Of a DNA stretch of 64,000 bases, positions 63,612 to 64,000 are shown in pieces. Below the pieces are notes generated by a model. That model ran no database searches. It was not told the origin of the DNA and saw only the letters and a list, made by a program, of their open reading frames with translations. The translations under genes and the position numbers were made by a program. Position 1 is the first letter of the stretch. Each line of letters opens with the position of its first letter. The DNA comes from Dimorphilus gyrociliatus (lineage: Eukaryota; Animalia; Annelida), in contig CAJFCJ010000013.1 in assembly GCA_904063045.1 (NCBI GenBank), positions 229,470-293,469 on the forward strand, given 5' to 3'.

Positions 63612-64000
63612 TAAAAATAGGTAAACAAATTGTTTTTTAAATGATAGCTTATGTATTTATTTCGTTTTCTTGTTCAAATAACATTTGCTTTTCATTAAAT
63701 GTATAACCATGCATATTAACATACATTTTAAACAAATATATAAATGTATATAAACTATAGCTAGAGATTTCGTAATGCCGCTTTTTTTTTTAATTTCTTT
63801 TCCAAGCAATGACAAACACAAAAGAAAATGTTGCAAGTAAAAATTTTGCATAATTATATAAAATGCTTTCTCAATTTTTTTTAAATATATAAAGGTCAGA
63901 TAGGAAAAAATTATAAATTATTATTATTTTTCCTTTTTTTCTTCCTCATTTTTGTTTTTCTTTAATTTACTTAAGGCATTAAATGTAAACAAGAAAAAAA

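Noticed and set aside
1-64000. tRNA, rRNA, known miRNA, CRISPR array or transposase
   Set aside because: By eye I found no cloverleaf or A/B boxes, no matches to recalled conserved miRNAs, no regular repeat-spacer array and no transposase/RT motifs. A tRNAscan/Infernal/Dfam run would be needed to exclude them fully.

Overview
This is an AT-rich eukaryotic (animal) window with very compact genes. Introns are mostly about 50-80 nt, intergenic gaps are often under 1 kb, and CpG is not obviously depleted. This fits a miniaturised invertebrate genome, possibly spiralian/annelid (inference only). I assembled spliced models by hand from GT-AG junctions. Recognisable genes, in order: PTER (5' part, -), an intronless Shaw/Kv3-type K+ channel (-), PXMP4 (-), a CLIP-170/CLIP-190 ortholog (-), TBC1D8/9 (+), BET1L (-), an ABCG2-like half transporter (-), Lhx1/5 inside a ~21 kb regulatory landscape (+), BCL7 (-), a C6orf89-like gene (+) and MRM1 (+). 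I saw no tRNA, rRNA, CRISPR array or recognisable transposase. The most notable observations are: (1) a cluster of up to four unannotated small, mostly hydrophobic genes between TBC1D9 and BET1L, each behind a similar E-box promoter; (2) close linkage of Lhx1/5-MRM1 and CLIP-BCL7, which mirrors human 17q12, 12q24 and 7q11.23; (3) a BET1L start codon split by an intron; (4) a CLIP coiled coil built from a 96/105-nt exon array, with a degenerate CAP-Gly motif and only one zinc knuckle; (5) a candidate poison exon in the C6orf89-like gene; (6) GCAGGTG enrichment around Lhx1/5. All homology calls come from recalled family sequences, not database searches.
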